64,000 nt of DNA from the NCBI GenBank assembly GCA_943704425.1, contig CALSCP010001613.1, positions 77,856 through 141,855 of the forward strand, given 5' to 3'. Under the pieces are notes generated by a model. That model did not search any database. It saw only the letters and a program-made list of their open reading frames with translations, and was not told the origin of the DNA. This document shows, one piece after another, positions 60,588 to 64,000 of this stretch. Both the position numbers and the translations under genes were made by a program. The first letter of the stretch is position 1, and every line of letters begins with the position of its first letter. This stretch comes from Ministeria vibrans ATCC 50519 (lineage: Eukaryota > Protista > Filasterea).

Positions 60588-61752
60588 TTATGGTTCTTCC
60601 ATCATTTTGGGAGTGGGGAGTGCGGACGCTAAGGCGTCGCTGGGGGCGGGAAGGGTAGCGGGAGCGGAAGTGTCGGCTGGGGCCGGGGAGGGGCTGGGGG
60701 CGAGGGAGAAGGGACGGATGTGGAGGATGAGGGCAATTTGCGTGATGGTCTTCAGGGCATAGTGAGCAAAGAGGGCAAAGCTGGCGAGGAGGAGGAGGAA
60801 GGCGACGGAAGACGGAGCAAGAGAGAGAGAGTGGATGGTGGTGCACTGGGTGGACGGGGAGGGGGCGAGGGAGAGGCACAGCAAGGGAGTGAGCTGGTTG
60901 AGGGTGGGGAAGAAGAGCAGCAGCAAGAGAGGACGCAGGTCGGCCAGACGAAACTCGCCCTTGCAGAAGTGACACAGAATCAGCCAGCACACAATGCGCG
61001 CAAAGACAAAGCCCTGGGCAAGGTACAACATGTAGTAGAGAGACGGCGCAAGGTCATTGAGCGGCTCAAGGACATCGCGTGTGCCGAGCTTGACCCACAA
61101 GACAGTCAGTGCGAGCACAAGGTACATGGGCACAATACCACGCATGACGCCCGCATGCGCCTCCTTGCCTACGTGCGCCAGGGCCCGTCGCATGTCGGCC
61201 GTGCACACGGGCACAGAGGCAACCATGGCCGCTAGCACGACCATCTGGTTGGCATGCAGCAGATGCTCACTCCCCAGATCCCCCGCAAGCACTGTAATGA
61301 TCTATAGTAGGAGTAGTGCCAATGGTCCAATCACGTATTAGAATGAAAGACTTTCTACATCGACAATCCATTGTGTGTTGTACAGTGATGAGGATGGTGG
61401 AGCTAAGCTTGACACTGGCAAACCAGATGCCACTGCCAAAGAGCGCAGTCGCAAAGCACATACAGTAGCACAGGAAGAGCCCCTCGTCCGGTCCACTGAC
61501 ACACAGAGAGAATGACATGTCAGCAGTGCTGCATTACACTCGATTCTCACCTGATGGCGCCCAGGACAAATTCGCCTGTGACATACTCGGCGTAGGTGGC
61601 ATAGTAGAATGTCAGCTGCGCAGTCAGCAGCATGGGCAGCGTCCATTGCACGCCGATGCGCAGGACCGCCGCGACAACCAAGCACGACATGGTGGTGTTA
61701 ACCGCGTCGCACCCATGATCAAATAGCTAGAAAGAAAGAGATAGAGGAGAAA

Positions 61753-61809
<57 letters not shown>

Positions 61810-62286
61810 AAAAAAGGACATTAGGAATGTTTTTTTTTTTTGAACTTGTAGGTTGTGTACTTGGCCGAGAGCACTGGATGAGCGCGTTTTGCGCGCCTGC
61901 TGTCCGTCTGCGTTGTCGAGCGTCTGGTAGAGGAAGAGGTTGAGACCACAGAGAAAGTAGACAGACGAGGGCATGTCTTCGGTGAGCGTGGGCGCGTAGA
62001 GAGAGACGAGCGCGAGGTTGACGAGCGAACAGCACAGGCCGAGCAGCGTCACGACGTTGGGAGCCATCCACACCGGCAGAATGCGATCGACAACGGCAAT
62101 GGCAATCGGCCTGAACACATGCTTGTACATGATCGAGTCGTTGCGTCCACTGTGGCGACACGAGAGGGAATTTTTCGAATATTGAGTTGACATTGCAAAT
62201 GTTTGATCGTGTGTCTACTTGTATTCGTAGGCGCGAAGAGCCGCCGATCCCTTTTCATTCACGTAGCGTGCAGGGATGATTGCCAT
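60588..62286 (-). CDS. Choline/ethanolamine phosphotransferase (CDP-alcohol phosphatidyltransferase), multi-exon
   Basis: LRAYEY..|..WMAPNVVTLLG..LFLYQTLDNADGQQARKTRSSSALGQ|LFDHGCD, followed by hydrophobic C-terminal exons. Confidence 0.9.
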
Positions 62287-62385
62287 GGCAGAGCGATGGT
62301 TGAAACAACAAAAAAAATTGAAAAGTTGAAATGACAAATGACAGAAGACAAATTTACAGTACTTACTCCTGATATATCTTAAATC

Positions 62386-63101
62386 CTAAATATTGTCACA
62401 ATTTTCTTTCATCGCACATGGTTGCTGCGATTGGCGTTGATCTCGTGGCGAATGGTCGCATTGCAGCGACATTATCACGAAATGCGGCGTATTGATTGAA
62501 AAGATTTCAAAATTGTCAATTGACGCACTTCCCTTCTTGATAGTGGGCTGCTCAGGCGTGCCTTTACGTTGCGTGAGGCCCAAGAATACCACCGACGAGC
62601 GAGAGAACACTCAAAGGACCACGCTGTTCAATTTGTTTCATCTCGGTGAGTTTAGCCATTGTAAACATTTCTCTGCTCTCTCACACAATCCAATTCAACA
62701 CTCTCAGGTGGGCAATCAAGGAAGCGACGCTCAAAGCACTGCGGTCTACTCGCTCATTGACGAGTGGGGCAGTGGTGGACAGGCAGGATCGAGCATGGCA
62801 TGTGCGACTGAGAGACATTGAAACGGAACAGTTGTGTGGTAGGACACGCAGTCAGGATGACCTCCCTCAAAATTGATCCAACTCCACCCTTTGTCGTATT
62901 GCAGGAGCGCCGACGCTCGCACTCAGCCAGCCTATTCGTGATGCCTTTGTACACGCTGGAGTCACACGTGCCCATGTGTCCGTGAGCCACGACGGTGGCA
63001 ACACCATTGCGTTTGTGGTGTTGAGCTGAGCCACGCCAACCGCCGGCCGCACAGGTCACTGTGCTCAGTGCTACGACCAACAGCGAAGTACCGAGTAGCA
63101 T
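62386..63101 (-). CDS. Hypothetical small, possibly secreted protein
   Basis: MLLGTSLLVVALSTVTCAA resembles a signal peptide. The downstream exon structure is not resolved. Confidence 0.3.
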
Positions 63102-63404
63102 GCGCTCATATCGCGCTTCTAAAAACAAATGTTGTATGTGTACAGTAATCATTGAGACATCCCATCCCGGCTCTGCATTGTGTGTCTGTTGTAACTACCC
63201 TCAATAATTTGGTATAATTTAATGAGTACACGATGACTTATCACTTATCAGTTATCACGTATGCGGTATGACAGTCTGTGACTGTCTGTCTTTCGTCTTA
63301 TGCTATGTTTCAATTTTTGCGCGTGACAGAATGAAGAGTAAAAGGTCAGCGACAGAACATAACTATTTGAATAAATTTCAATTTTTCATTCAAATTTCTT
63401 TGCT

Positions 63405-64000
63405 ATGGCGCGAGTGTCCCTTGCGACGTTTGTCACGTTTGTGGTCAGCGTCGTTGTGGGAATGCTATTGTCGCGTGCGCTTCTACACGATCGAATGACT
63501 CTTGAGTATGCAATGAGAATATTTATTCTTCTCTCTCTCACTCTCCTTCTGCAGAGCGGACGACGCTACCGTCACCGCCGGACAGCTGGGTGCACGCGAT
63601 GCCGTGCAAGAGGGTGCGGCCGACGAGGCAGCTTCGTTTGCGGGCGCTGCACTAGCAGGGAGCGATGGCGTGGTCTTTGACGGCGCACTCTTTGTGCTGG
63701 TGACCAGTCGCGTCGCCAATGCCGACACCCGCACCGCCTGCCGCCGTACCTGGCTCTCGCATGGTGCGAAGCTGTTCCAGCCCACAGTGGAATCGGATGG
63801 TCCGCCCGACGGCGTTGGCTGGCGCTTTGTGATCGGCACGAACAACATTGACGCAGACGCACACGCACTCCTCAACGCCGAACAGGCCAAGTATGGCGAC
63901 TTGCTTCTGTTAGACAAAGAAGAAGATCGTCGTTCAAACCTCACTCCGTTTCTTCTTGCCGGGTAAGACGAAAGAGAGAGAGAGGGGGGGGGGGGGGGGG
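63405..64000 (+). CDS. GT31 beta-1,3-galactosyltransferase (B3GALT6-like), 5' part, runs off the window
   Basis: N-terminal TM, LFVLVTSR..RTACRRTWL, WRFVIGT and LNAEQAKYGDLLLL..NLT. Confidence 0.78.

Overview
A compact, intron-rich microbial eukaryote scaffold, with GT-AG introns full of (CT)n, (CA)n and (TAT)n microsatellites. A PTB domain and a TPRA1 homologue suggest a unicellular holozoan or opisthokont (inference). About 24 protein-coding loci can be reconstructed. Housekeeping genes: VPS8, TPRA1, a BRCT-PolX, an SMPDL3-like phosphodiesterase, a USP, URA3-type OMP decarboxylase, eIF2B-epsilon, DPH4, an SDR, RPL24, GPAT3/4, HSD17B7, CEPT/EPT and a GT31. An accessory, conflict/immunity-like set lies at 11-45 kb: F-box-ankyrin, LRR-ROC-COR, a Crinkler-like REase, HEPN-TPR, EGF-BspA/DUF285 with one repeat per exon, kinase-Nudix, YfiH/LACC1, and a caspase-NB-ARC-WD40 fusion. 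The most unusual signal, which the ORF track does not resolve as a family, is an array of 6 clear and 2 divergent short ORFs at 46.8-48.25 kb, directly upstream of the OMP decarboxylase. They share the peptide motif M-x(1,2)-M-C-x3-[NS]-G-R-x-G-[YFH], conserved through synonymous codon changes. All family assignments come from motif recognition by eye; no database searches were run.
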